This document shows positions 1-9,455 of a stretch of DNA of 64,000 bases, one piece after another. The stretch's first letter is position 1; the number at the start of each line of letters is the position of its first letter. The DNA is taken from contig CAWGVS010000012.1 in the NCBI GenBank assembly GCA_963826115.1, positions 384,001 through 448,000 of the forward strand, in the 5' to 3' direction. The translations under genes were made by a program, and so were the position numbers. Below the pieces are notes generated by a model. The model saw nothing but the letters and a program-made list of their open reading frames with translations, did not search any database and was not told the DNA's origin. Source of the DNA: an uncultured Candidatus Rokubacteria bacterium (GTDB taxonomy: Bacteria > Methylomirabilota > Methylomirabilia > Rokubacteriales > DASRDR01).

Positions 1-150
1 CCCCGCGTCGATCCGCTCGCCGGCCGGCGCCGCCCCGAGATCGCCGATCGCCGCGATGCGGCCCCGTCGGATGCCGACGTCGGCCCGGTAGGCGCGGGCG
101 CCGGTGCCGTCCACCACGAGCCCGCCGGTCAGCGTGCGATCCAGGTCCAT
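1..150 (-). CDS. N-acyl-D-amino-acid deacylase / amidohydrolase, N-terminal part (runs off window)
   Basis: Manual translation from ATG at 150: MDLDRTLTGGLVVDGTGARAYRADVGIRRGRIAAIGDL, a typical D-aminoacylase N-terminus; downstream of a Dpp operon. Confidence 0.8.
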   Translation of the reverse strand, partial: MDLDRTLTGGLVVDGTGARAYRADVGIRRGRIAAIGDLGAAPAGERIDAG

Positions 151-186
151 CGTCCGTTCCTTCGCCGCCGCGCTTCGGCGCGGGGC

Positions 187-1050
187 TCACATCCGCCGGG
201 CGAGCCGGGGATCCAGGAGGTCCCGGAGGCCGTCGCCCAGCAGGTTGATCGAGAGCACCGTCGAGGCCAGAAACAGCCCCGGGAACAGGAGGAGCCAGAA
301 CGCCACGCGCACGTGAGCGCGCGCCTCCGCCATGATGTTGCCCCAGCTCGGGATCTCCGGCGGCGTGCCCGCGCCCAGGAACGAGAGCGCCGCCTCGATG
401 AGGACCGCGGAGGCGCAGACGTACGTCCCCTGGACGATCAGGGGCGCGATCGTGTTCGGGAGCACGTGGCGGAGCACGGTCCGCCCCACGCCGGCGCCGA
501 GCGCCACCGACGCCTCCACGAACGGCTGCTCGCGGAGGCTCAGGACCACGCCGCGCACGAGCCGGACGACCCGGGGCGTCTGCGGGATGACGAGCGCGAT
601 GACGACGTTCCGGACGCTCGCGCCGGTGAGCGCGACGAAGGTGATCGCCAGCAGGAGGTCCGGCAGCGCCATGATGCCGTCCATCACGCGCATGACGATC
701 GCGTCCAGCCCCCGGACGAAGCCCGCGAAGACGCCGAGCCCGAGGCCGATCGCCGACGTGACCGTCGCCACGATCAGCCCCACGACGAGCGAGATCCGGC
801 TCCCGAAGATGACCCGGCTGTAGGAGTCGCGGCCGTACATGTCCGTGCCGAACCAGTGGGCCGCGCTGGGCGGGCGGAGGCGCTTGCCGGGCGCCATCTC
901 GATCGGGTCCACCGTGTGGAGCAGCGGCGCCAGCACGGCCACGGCCGTCACGAGGAGGAGCAGCACGCCGCCGGCGACGACGGTCGGGTGCCGCCGCACG
1001 AAGCGGCCGGCGGCGCCGCGTCGGCCGGTCGGGGGCGCCGGCGCGGTCAG
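187..1050 (-). CDS. Peptide ABC transporter permease (DppC/OppC-like)
   Basis: HWFGTDMYGRD, EAA loop (FVEASVALGA), NLLGDGLRDLLDPR; start uncertain (CTG 1050 overlapping upstream stop, or GTG 999). Confidence 0.9.
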   Translation of the reverse strand: MTAPAPPTGRRGAAGRFVRRHPTVVAGGVLLLLVTAVAVLAPLLHTVDPIEMAPGKRLRPPSAAHWFGTDMYGRDSYSRVIFGSRISLVVGLIVATVTSAIGLGLGVFAGFVRGLDAIVMRVMDGIMALPDLLLAITFVALTGASVRNVVIALVIPQTPRVVRLVRGVVLSLREQPFVEASVALGAGVGRTVLRHVLPNTIAPLIVQGTYVCASAVLIEAALSFLGAGTPPEIPSWGNIMAEARAHVRVAFWLLLFPGLFLASTVLSINLLGDGLRDLLDPRLARRM

Positions 1051-1988
1051 TACCGGATCCGCGGGTCGAGGACCACGTAGCACAGGTCCACCACGAGATT
1101 GACCAGCACGTACACGGCCGAGGAGAGGATCGTCACGCCCTGGATGATCGAGTAGTCGCGCTGGAGCACCGCGTCGGCGGTCAGGCGCCCGAGCCCCGGC
1201 AGCGCGAACACGCTCTCGGTGATCACGACGCCCGAGATGAGGAGGGTCAGGCTGACGCCGATGGTCGTGACGATCGGCACCGCGGCGTTCTTCAGCGCGT
1301 GCGTGAACAGGATCCGCCCCGGCCACTGGCCCTTCGCATGCGCCGTCCGGATGTAGTCGGCGCCCAGCACCTCCAGCACGCTCGCGCGCGTGATGCGGGT
1401 GATGAGGGCCATGTAGATCAACCCGAGGGTCAGGGTCGGCAGGATCAGGTGACGGACGAACGGCCCGAAGCCGCCCGCGAGGGGCGCGTAGCCCTGTACC
1501 GGCAGGAGGTCGAGGCGGACCGAGAAGCCGTAGATCATCAGGAAGCCGAGCCAGAACACGGGGATCGAGAAGCCGCCCACCGCGAAGACCATCACCGCCC
1601 GGTCGATCCAGGTGCCCGCGCGCCAGGCCGCCAGGAGGCCGAGCGGCACCGACAGCCCCACCGCGAACACGAGCGTCGAGAGCGCGAGCGCCAGCGTCGG
1701 CTCGAGGCGCTGGGCGATCAGCGTGCGGACGGGCAGCCGCGAGTGAAGCGAGCGCCCGAGGTCGCCCCGGGCCAGGCTCCCGACGTACACCGCGAGCTGC
1801 ACGTAGATCGGCTGGTCGAGCCCGAGCGCCGTCCGGATCTTCCCGATCGCCTCGGGCGTAGCGTAGTCCCCGGCGATGATGGCCGCGGGATCGCCGGGCG
1901 CGAGCCGGAGCAGGACGAACACGAACAGCACGACGACGGCCATCACGGGAAAGACGGCGAGGACACGGCGGAGAGCGTACGCGAGCAC
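1047..1988 (-). CDS. Peptide ABC transporter permease (DppB/OppB-like)
   Basis: APGDPA, DYIRTAHAKG, HALKNA, LDPRIRY motifs. Confidence 0.95.
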   Translation of the reverse strand: MLAYALRRVLAVFPVMAVVVLFVFVLLRLAPGDPAAIIAGDYATPEAIGKIRTALGLDQPIYVQLAVYVGSLARGDLGRSLHSRLPVRTLIAQRLEPTLALALSTLVFAVGLSVPLGLLAAWRAGTWIDRAVMVFAVGGFSIPVFWLGFLMIYGFSVRLDLLPVQGYAPLAGGFGPFVRHLILPTLTLGLIYMALITRITRASVLEVLGADYIRTAHAKGQWPGRILFTHALKNAAVPIVTTIGVSLTLLISGVVITESVFALPGLGRLTADAVLQRDYSIIQGVTILSSAVYVLVNLVVDLCYVVLDPRIRY

Positions 1989-2008
1989 GGGCGGGACGCG
2001 CGCGGATG

Positions 2009-2043
2009 GCCCGGGGCGGAGCCGGCGTGCCTCCGCCCCGGGC
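2009..2043. terminator. Strong intercistronic hairpin after the substrate-binding protein gene
   Basis: 13-bp perfect inverted repeat gcccggggcggag / ctccgccccgggc. Confidence 0.55.
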
Positions 2044-2055
2044 GTCAGGCCGCGG

Positions 2056-3654
2056 TTACTTCCGGACCATGTTCCAGAACTGCACGTAGGGCGCGGTCGA
2101 CGTGTACTCCAGCCGATCCTTGCGCCACGCGCTGTCCCTGTTGAACTCGCCCACGGGGATGTACGGGAGGTTCTCCATGAGGGCCGCGTGGTACTCCGTC
2201 AGCAGCTTCTTGAACTCGGGCGAGCCGGGAGCGGCGTTGCCGAGCTCGTCGAGCGCCTTCGAGGCGCGCGGGGAGCACGGCCAGCCGAACCACGCGCGCT
2301 CGCAGAGCGTCGAGATGTTCGAGTGGCCCCACGGATCGGCCAGGGCCACGCTGTTCGACGTCGTGTGGAAGATGTGCCAGCCGGCGGGGTTCTTGCTCGG
2401 CGGGTCCTTCACCGGCCGCCGCGAGGTCAGCGTCCCCCAGTCCATGACCTGGAGGTCGACGTTCACGCCGAGCTTCCGGAGCATCGCCGCGGTGGTGAGC
2501 GACGCGGCGTTGATCGTCGCGATGTCGCTCGGGGCCATCACGACGATCTTCTCGCCCTTGTAGCCGGCCTCCTGGAGGAGTTGCTTGGCCTTCGCGAGGT
2601 CCTGCTTCTGGTACGGCTCGGACCCCGTCGCGTTGTCGAGCCACTGCCCGCAGCCGAGGAACGTCCAGCAGACGGTCCAGTTCTCCTGATCCCCGGCGAT
2701 CGCCTGAAGATAGTCTTTCTGGTCGACCATGAGGGCCAGCGCCTGGCGCGCCTTCACGTTGTCGAAGGGCGGCGCCAGATGGTTCGGATGGATCTGCATC
2801 TGCTCGACGTCGACCTTCTTCATGGTGACGTTCGGGTCCTTGCGGAGGATCGGCCACTGGTCGATGTGGGGCTGCTGGATGAAGTCGACCTCGCCCTTCT
2901 GGAGGGCGGCGACCGCCGTGGACGGGTCGGGGATGACCACCCACTCCACGCGGTCGACGGTGGCGCGGCGGGCGCCGGCGTAGTAGTCGGGCGGGTCGGT
3001 CCGCGGGACGTAGTCCTTGTTGCGGAGGTACACGGTCTTGACCCCGGGGACCCATTCCTTCTCGGAGAAGATGTACGGCCCCGACCCGATCTTCTCGCCC
3101 TCGAACGCCTTGTCGGCGGGCTGCACCGCCTGCCGCTCGGGGATGATGAACGGCACGTAGCTGTACTCCTTGGCGAGCGCCCGGAGCACGAGTCCGTACG
3201 GCTCCTTCAGCTTCAGGACGAGCGTCTTGTCGTCCGTCGCCTCGAGCGAGGCCGTCTTGGCCATGAGCTTCTGCCCGGCGGCGTCCTTCACCGCCCAGCG
3301 CTTCAACGACGCGACGGCGTCGATCGCCCGCACCGGCTGCCCGTCGTGCCACTTGAGCCCGCTCCGGAGCACGAAGGTGTACGTGAGCTTGTCGGGGCTC
3401 ACCCGGAACGTGTCCACCATCTGGGGCTTGGGATTCCCCTTCGAGTCGAGCGCAAAGAGGGTCTCGTAGATCATGTAGGCGTGCTGCTGCGTGATGTTCG
3501 CGGTGGTCCAGTGGGGATCGACCCACTTGACCTCGGCGTGCATCACCGCCCGCACGGTCTTCTCGCCCTGGGCGAACGCCGGCGAGCCCAGCGCCAGGAG
3601 CGCGCCGACCAGCGCCGCGTATCCAGCCGCCCGGATGCTCGGAAACCTGCTCAT
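2056..3654 (-). CDS. Peptide/nickel ABC transporter substrate-binding protein (family 5)
   Basis: Signal peptide, YTFVLRSGLKWHDG, IGSGPY, PPFDNVKARQA. Confidence 0.95.
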   Translation of the reverse strand: MSRFPSIRAAGYAALVGALLALGSPAFAQGEKTVRAVMHAEVKWVDPHWTTANITQQHAYMIYETLFALDSKGNPKPQMVDTFRVSPDKLTYTFVLRSGLKWHDGQPVRAIDAVASLKRWAVKDAAGQKLMAKTASLEATDDKTLVLKLKEPYGLVLRALAKEYSYVPFIIPERQAVQPADKAFEGEKIGSGPYIFSEKEWVPGVKTVYLRNKDYVPRTDPPDYYAGARRATVDRVEWVVIPDPSTAVAALQKGEVDFIQQPHIDQWPILRKDPNVTMKKVDVEQMQIHPNHLAPPFDNVKARQALALMVDQKDYLQAIAGDQENWTVCWTFLGCGQWLDNATGSEPYQKQDLAKAKQLLQEAGYKGEKIVVMAPSDIATINAASLTTAAMLRKLGVNVDLQVMDWGTLTSRRPVKDPPSKNPAGWHIFHTTSNSVALADPWGHSNISTLCERAWFGWPCSPRASKALDELGNAAPGSPEFKKLLTEYHAALMENLPYIPVGEFNRDSAWRKDRLEYTSTAPYVQFWNMVRK

Positions 3655-3777
3655 GGTCGCCTCCTGCTCGCGCGCGAGCGTCTCGGCAGCGTCGCGCGGG
3701 GCTGCGCACGGTCACGGATCGGGGTGCGAGCGGTCGAACCGACCGCCAGGCCACTGTCGGCCACAAGCCGCGACGGC

Positions 3778-3848
3778 GTCAAGGGGCCTGCCGCCACGCG
3801 GCGCGCCGGCGGCCCGCCTTGACCGCGCGGGGGAGGCCGGCGAAGAAT
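3778..3848. promoter_or_regulatory. Divergent sigma70-type promoter region
   Basis: gtcaag at 3778 (TTGAC on minus) and ttgacc at 3819 with aagaat at 3843, between divergent SBP and MlrC genes. Confidence 0.4.
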
Positions 3849-3868
3849 CGCGGCGGGAGGCTCCGCGC

Positions 3869-5365
3869 ATGAAGCTCTTCACCGCCGGCGTCGCGACCGA
3901 GTCCAACACGTTCGCCCCCATGCCCACGGGGCTCGACGACTACACCGTCTTCCGCGGCGCGCCGCCCGAGGAGCGGCCGACGAGCTTCACGCAGCCCTTC
4001 CTCGTCTGGCGGCGGCTCGCGGCCGAGCGCGGCTTCCACGTGGTCACGAGCCTGGGCGCGTCCGCGCCGCCGGCCGGCCCCACCGTGCGACAGGTCTGGG
4101 AGGGCTTCCGCGACGAGATCCTGCAGGACCTCCGCCGCGCGATGCCAGTCGATGGCGTGCTCCTGAACCTCCACGGCGCGATGGTCGCCGACGGCTACGA
4201 CGACTGCGAGGGCGACATCCTGGCCCGCGTGCGCGCGATCGTCGGGCCGGCGGTGCCGGTCGGCGCGGAGCTCGATCCGCACTGCCACGTGACGCCGCTC
4301 ATGGTGGCGCAGGCGACGGCGCTGGTTCTCTACAAGGAGTTCCCCCACACCGACTTCGCCGAGCGGGCGGCCGACCTCTTCCGGCTGATCGTGGACGCGG
4401 CCGGGGGCCGGACCCGGCCCCACATGGCCCTCTGGGACTGCCGGATGCTCGGGAGCTACTTCACGACGCTCCAGCCGATGAAGGGCTTCGTCGACGACGT
4501 GAAGGCGCGCGAGGGGAAGGACGGCGTGCTCTCGATCTCCCCCGTCCACGGCTTCCCGTACGGCGACGTGCCGGGGAACGGCACGAAGATGCTGGTCATC
4601 ACCGACGCGCGGCCGGCCGAGGGCGCCCGCCTCGCGGAGACGCTCGGCCTCCGCTGGATCGCGCTCCGCGGGCGCACCCACCCGCCGATGCTCACGGTGG
4701 CGGAGGCGGTGGAGCGCGCGCGCCGCGTGTCGGGCCGGCCGGTGGTGGCGGCCGACGTGGCGGACAATCCCGGCGGCGGCTTCCCCGGCGACAGCACGGT
4801 GGTCCTGCGCGAGCTGGTCGAGCTCGGGGTGACCGACTGCGCGTTCGCGACGATCTGGGACCCGGTCGCGGTGACGTTCGCCCGCGCCGCCGGCCCCGGC
4901 ACGCGCCTCCGGATGCGGATCGGCGGAAAGGCGGGCCTCCTGTCCGGCGACCCGCTGGACCTCGACGTGACGGTCGCCGCGGTGACCGACGACCTCTACC
5001 AGCGCTACGCGGGCGTTGGCAGCTCACTCGGCCCGGCCGCGCGCGTCACGACGGCGGGCGGCCTCGACATCGTCCTCGCGAGCCGCCGGAATCAGGTCCG
5101 GAGCCCCGACGTCTTCCGCGGCCTCGGGCTCGATCCCCTCGCCACCAAGCTCCTGGTGGTCAAGTCCACGAACCACTTCCGCGCGGAGTTCGAGAAGATC
5201 GCCGCCGAGATCCTCTACGTGGCGCCGCCCGACGTCTTCTCGGCGGTCCCGTTCACGCGCATCCCGCGGCCGAAGTGGCCGCTCGATCCCGATGCGTTCG
5301 CCGATCTGGAGGCGGCCGGCCTGGTGCCGGCCGGCGGGCCGCGCACGGATCGCGCGCCCGACTGA
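3869..5365 (+). CDS. MlrC-family (M81) metallopeptidase
   Basis: ATESNTF, LLNLHGAMV, ELDPHCH, YKEFPHTD, DNPGGG, VVKSTNHF; start reassigned to ATG 3869 with ggagg RBS. Confidence 0.93.
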   Translation: MKLFTAGVATESNTFAPMPTGLDDYTVFRGAPPEERPTSFTQPFLVWRRLAAERGFHVVTSLGASAPPAGPTVRQVWEGFRDEILQDLRRAMPVDGVLLNLHGAMVADGYDDCEGDILARVRAIVGPAVPVGAELDPHCHVTPLMVAQATALVLYKEFPHTDFAERAADLFRLIVDAAGGRTRPHMALWDCRMLGSYFTTLQPMKGFVDDVKAREGKDGVLSISPVHGFPYGDVPGNGTKMLVITDARPAEGARLAETLGLRWIALRGRTHPPMLTVAEAVERARRVSGRPVVAADVADNPGGGFPGDSTVVLRELVELGVTDCAFATIWDPVAVTFARAAGPGTRLRMRIGGKAGLLSGDPLDLDVTVAAVTDDLYQRYAGVGSSLGPAARVTTAGGLDIVLASRRNQVRSPDVFRGLGLDPLATKLLVVKSTNHFRAEFEKIAAEILYVAPPDVFSAVPFTRIPRPKWPLDPDAFADLEAAGLVPAGGPRTDRAPD

Positions 5366-5413
5366 TCCGCGCGGCGGGTCCGCCGAAGACGGCCGGCCGC
5401 TGACGACGGGCGC

Positions 5414-6481
5414 CTAGACGAGGCGACGCGAGCCGCCGCGCCGCCGCGCTTCGGAAGGGGCGGCCGGACGGCCGCGGAGCCCGCCGCCGATGCGCGTCCG
5501 GAGCGTCGTTCCCAGAAGTCGGAGCCGACCGCATGCGGGGAGGCCGAGGGCCAGCACCGCCAGCGCCCGCGCCATCACGGGCAGCGACCACGGTAGATAC
5601 CGCGCCATGCGGCCGAGGCTCCGGCATCCGTGCAGGCGCTGGCCCCGGTCGGCGGCCACGAGGATCTCCGCGAACGCCGGGCGGGTCCCGAGAAAGGTCC
5701 GCCACCGCCGATAGGCGACCTCCCCGCACGTGGCGCGGATCACCGTCCGCCACTTCTCGTCGAGCCGCGCCGCATCCCGGGCGAGCAGGGCGCCATTCCG
5801 CGAGAGCTGCGGGCCGGCGTGCTCGTGGCGAACCACCAGCGCGTCGGTCGTGCTGACGAAGTCCGTCCGGCTGGCGAGCCGGAGCCACAGATCCTGGTCC
5901 TCCATGGCACGGAGCTCCCCGTCGAGCCCGCCGACGTCCGCCAGCAGGGCGCGCCGGAGGAGCGTCGCCGAGACCAGCGGCAGCCAGCCCGCCACGAGCC
6001 GATCGAAGACGCGCCCGGACCAGACCGCGGCCGGCAGCACCGTCTCCTGGCCGGTCCGCGCGTCGAGACGCCGGGCGCGACAGGAGATCACGTCGGCCCC
6101 AGGGTGCGCGCGGGCCAGGGCCAGCTGGCACTCGAGGTAGCGCGGCGTCCACTCGTTGTCGTCGTCGAGGAAGGCCACCCACTCGCCTCGCGCGTGCGCG
6201 AGGGCCGTATTCCGCGCGCAGCCGACGCCGGCGTTCCGCGCGTGCCGCAGGACGCGCAGGCGCGGCTCGGCGAGGCGCGCGAGCACCTCGGGGGTCGCGT
6301 CGGTGGAGCCGTCGTCCACGACCAGGATCTCGAGGTCCGTGACGGTCTGGGCGCGGACGCTCGCCAGCGCGCGCCCGACCAGGTGCGCGCGGTTCCACGT
6401 GCAGACGACGGCCGTGACGCGGGGCGACGGGCCCGGCAGGCCGCCGGCGCCGGCCCGGGCGGCCGGCTCGGGAGCGCTCAC
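5414..6481 (-). CDS. Glycosyltransferase family 2
   Basis: VVDDGSTD, RNTAL, AFLDDD, GGLDGEL..EDQDLWLRL; GTG start overlaps upstream stop (GTGA). Confidence 0.9.
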   Translation of the reverse strand: MSAPEPAARAGAGGLPGPSPRVTAVVCTWNRAHLVGRALASVRAQTVTDLEILVVDDGSTDATPEVLARLAEPRLRVLRHARNAGVGCARNTALAHARGEWVAFLDDDNEWTPRYLECQLALARAHPGADVISCRARRLDARTGQETVLPAAVWSGRVFDRLVAGWLPLVSATLLRRALLADVGGLDGELRAMEDQDLWLRLASRTDFVSTTDALVVRHEHAGPQLSRNGALLARDAARLDEKWRTVIRATCGEVAYRRWRTFLGTRPAFAEILVAADRGQRLHGCRSLGRMARYLPWSLPVMARALAVLALGLPACGRLRLLGTTLRTRIGGGLRGRPAAPSEARRRGGSRRLV

Positions 6482-8091
6482 CGCAAGAGCGCCGTCACGA
6501 GCTGCCGGACGTCGGCGGGCGCCACGGGAGCGCGATTGCCCACCACCTGGATGGCCAGCGCGCCCGCGACGCCCCCGAGGAATCCCACCAGGTCCAGGGG
6601 CAATCCGGCCGCCACGGCCGGCGCCGTGAGGGACAGGTACGCGTCCCCCGCGCCCGTGCGGTCGACGACCGCATGCGAGAGCGCCGGCACCTCCCACCGG
6701 ACCCCGTCGGGGCCGCACGTGAGCGCCCCGTGGCGGCCCCGCGTCACCGCAACCGCCGCCGCGCCCAACCGGGCGCGGAGGGCGTCGGCCAGCTCCTCGA
6801 TCGGGCGCCAGCGCTCCCCCAGCGCCAGGCGGATCTCCGGCTCGTCGATGCACGCGTAGTCCGCCCGCGGGTACTTCGTGATCAGGTTGTAGCCGAGATT
6901 CGCCGCGTTGGCCTGCGTGTTCACCGCGAGGAACCGCGCGCCCTCGGCGAGGACCCGCGCCGCGCGCGCGCCGAGAAACCCGTGACCGTAGTCCGCCACG
7001 ATCACCACGTCGTAGCCGGGCAGCGCACCGGCCAGGTCCCGTAGCAGCGCCTCCTCGCTCGGCGCCGGGAGCGGCGCGTCCTCCAGCACCGCGACCTCGA
7101 ACATCTTGACGAGCTCGGGCTCCCACAGGTACCGGCGCTTCGTGATCGTCGGCGCGTCCGGACGGATGACGAAGCGCGGCGTCACGTTCGGCCGCAGGCT
7201 CGACCGGACGAACCGCTCGTCGGACGCCTCGTCGCCGAGGACGGCCACCAGATCGACCGCGCGGCAGAATCCGGCCACGTGGTTGGCGCACGCCAGCGCC
7301 CCTCCGGCGTGGCGCTCCTGCCGCACCTCGCGCGTGGTGACGATCGCCTCCTTCGGCGACTTGCCGAGCGGCACGCAGTAGCGGTACTCGTCGAGGATCG
7401 CCTCGCCGAGCACCAGCACCCGGAGCTCGCGCAGGGCCGCCAGTCCCGCCAGCACGTCGTCGACACCGTGGCGCGTCCGGAAGCGGTCGACGAAGCGGCG
7501 CGCCGCCTCGGGCAGGGCGCCGTCGAGCGCGCGCCCACCGAGCGGGCTGTGCCCCGCGGGCGGGCTGGCCGTGCCGTCACCGTCGGCGCGACGATCCGGC
7601 CGACGCCCCCCGCCGTCGAGCGCCGCCAGGAGGGCCGTGGAGGAGAAAACCTCCTCGTGGGTGAAGCACATCTGCCCGCCCACCTCCTGCAGCGCCTCCA
7701 TCTCCATCTGCAGTCGCGCGGGCGGGCGCGAGAGGGACTCGAACTCCTGGCCCTTGACGTAGTAGTCCGGCCGGAGGAGCCGGATCGCCGCCGCCGCCGC
7801 CGGCTCCCGATCGATCGCCACGAAGTCCACGCAGTCCAGGGCGGCCACGGCCTCCGCCCGGAGACGCTCCGGGAAGACGGGCCGCCCGGGTCCCTTGGTG
7901 ACATGCCGGTCGGGGGTGAGCGTCACGACGAGGGCGTCGCCCATCTGCCGCGCCGCCTGGAGATGCTTGATGTGGCCGATGTGCAGGAGGTCGAAGCACC
8001 CGTGGCAGTGCACCACCTTGCGGCCGCCGCGCCTGAGCCGGTCGAGCTCCTGCGCGACCGCCTCGAGCGACAGGATCTTGCGCTCTGTCAT
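6478..8091 (-). CDS. Bifunctional nucleotidyltransferase / PfkB kinase (HldE/RfaE-like, reversed domain order)
   Basis: N-terminal GCFDLLHIGH (HIGH motif), KGPGRP, YVKG; C-terminal DYGHG and DRTGAGDA. Confidence 0.9.
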   Translation of the reverse strand: MTERKILSLEAVAQELDRLRRGGRKVVHCHGCFDLLHIGHIKHLQAARQMGDALVVTLTPDRHVTKGPGRPVFPERLRAEAVAALDCVDFVAIDREPAAAAAIRLLRPDYYVKGQEFESLSRPPARLQMEMEALQEVGGQMCFTHEEVFSSTALLAALDGGGRRPDRRADGDGTASPPAGHSPLGGRALDGALPEAARRFVDRFRTRHGVDDVLAGLAALRELRVLVLGEAILDEYRYCVPLGKSPKEAIVTTREVRQERHAGGALACANHVAGFCRAVDLVAVLGDEASDERFVRSSLRPNVTPRFVIRPDAPTITKRRYLWEPELVKMFEVAVLEDAPLPAPSEEALLRDLAGALPGYDVVIVADYGHGFLGARAARVLAEGARFLAVNTQANAANLGYNLITKYPRADYACIDEPEIRLALGERWRPIEELADALRARLGAAAVAVTRGRHGALTCGPDGVRWEVPALSHAVVDRTGAGDAYLSLTAPAVAAGLPLDLVGFLGGVAGALAIQVVGNRAPVAPADVRQLVTALLR

Positions 8092-8286
8092 CCCTGGCTC
8101 CCCTCGGGCGACGCTGGCGACCTGGCGAGGCCGTCCCCTCGCCCGAACGGCGTCGGGGCGCGGGACGGCCGCCGGAGGCGACGCGGCACCTGCGCCATCG
8201 CCGCGACGCGAAGGCCGGCGAGAATTCGCGGGCGCGGCTATCGGCCGGGGGTCACGCGCGACGCCGGCCGGCGCTCGCGCCGCCCG

Positions 8287-9270
8287 TCAGCGGCGGCGCG
8301 CCGGCACGCGGCCAGGCAGGCCGTCCCGAAGCGGACGGATGTAGTCCGGCCCGATGCCGCAGCAACCGCCGATGATCTGGACCCCGTCCTGGACCCACTT
8401 GCGCGCGATGTCGAGAAACTCCGCCGGGGTCAGGTCGTTCTTGTCCAGGGGATCCGGATTGGGGTCCACGTAGTCCTCGCGGCCGGCCTCCGGGTACACG
8501 CCGATGGGCCCGGCCCACTTCTCCCGGACGATGGGGAGCGCCGCGTCCGTGGACTTCACGTTCGAGTGGAACACGTTGATCACCTTGCCGCCGAGCGAGA
8601 CGAGCTCGTCGAGCCCCCGGTCGAGGGCGACGTCCGACGAGTACCCGACCCGCGGCGTGGGATCGTCCGCCTCGACCCGGCACTTGATGCCGATCCACGT
8701 CGGGAGGCCGGTCGCGAGGCACGCCTGCACGACCCACTTCCGGTGCTCCATGCCTCCCGTCGACTCCGCCAGCATGAAGTCGACGCCCGCCGCGGCGAGG
8801 GTCTCCGCCTGCTCGCGGAGATTGGCCTGGGTCTGCTCCGCCGTGATCGCGGTCCGCCGCTGCGCCGTGCCGTAGACGCGGCGCCGTGGCTCGGCGCCCG
8901 TCACGAGCCCGTAGTTCGACACCGCGCCGCCGATGTACACGGGACGATCGCGCGCCATCTTGTCGCGGGCGTCCCGAGCCAGCATGACGGCGCGGATGTT
9001 CAGCTCCGCCGTCAGGTCACCCAGGCCGAGGGGCTCCAGGTTGTGTCGCGCCGACGAGTAGGTGTTGGTCGTCAGAACGTCGATACCCGCCTTGACGTAG
9101 GTCTCGTGGAGCTGCCTCACGGTATAGGGATGCGTCTGTAGCGCGGCCGCCGCCCACGCGGTGCCGTGCATGGGCACGCCGGTGTTCTGGAGCCCGGTAC
9201 CCACGGCGCCGTCGAGGATGATGACGTCCCCGCGGTCGAGACGGTTCTGGAGGTCCTGGTACGTGGTCAT
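8287..9270 (-). CDS. Homocysteine S-methyltransferase family protein
   Basis: ILDGAVGTGL, AGIDVLTTNTY, IIGGCCGIGPDYI; start reassigned to ATG 9270. Confidence 0.9.
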   Translation of the reverse strand: MTTYQDLQNRLDRGDVIILDGAVGTGLQNTGVPMHGTAWAAAALQTHPYTVRQLHETYVKAGIDVLTTNTYSSARHNLEPLGLGDLTAELNIRAVMLARDARDKMARDRPVYIGGAVSNYGLVTGAEPRRRVYGTAQRRTAITAEQTQANLREQAETLAAAGVDFMLAESTGGMEHRKWVVQACLATGLPTWIGIKCRVEADDPTPRVGYSSDVALDRGLDELVSLGGKVINVFHSNVKSTDAALPIVREKWAGPIGVYPEAGREDYVDPNPDPLDKNDLTPAEFLDIARKWVQDGVQIIGGCCGIGPDYIRPLRDGLPGRVPARRR

Positions 9271-9455
9271 TCTCGTGCCTCCCGAGGCTGGGCGATGTGA
9301 GCCGCCGCCCGTACGCGTCGGGGCGACGGCTCGAGGCGAGCATAGGGTCGCCGTCCGGGAGCCGCAAGGCCCCACCCGGCCCGTCAGCCCCCCGCGCCTT
9401 GACACCCGCAGGCGTTCCGGGGGATTGTGGGGCACCCGGCGCGGGCGGAGGTCAG

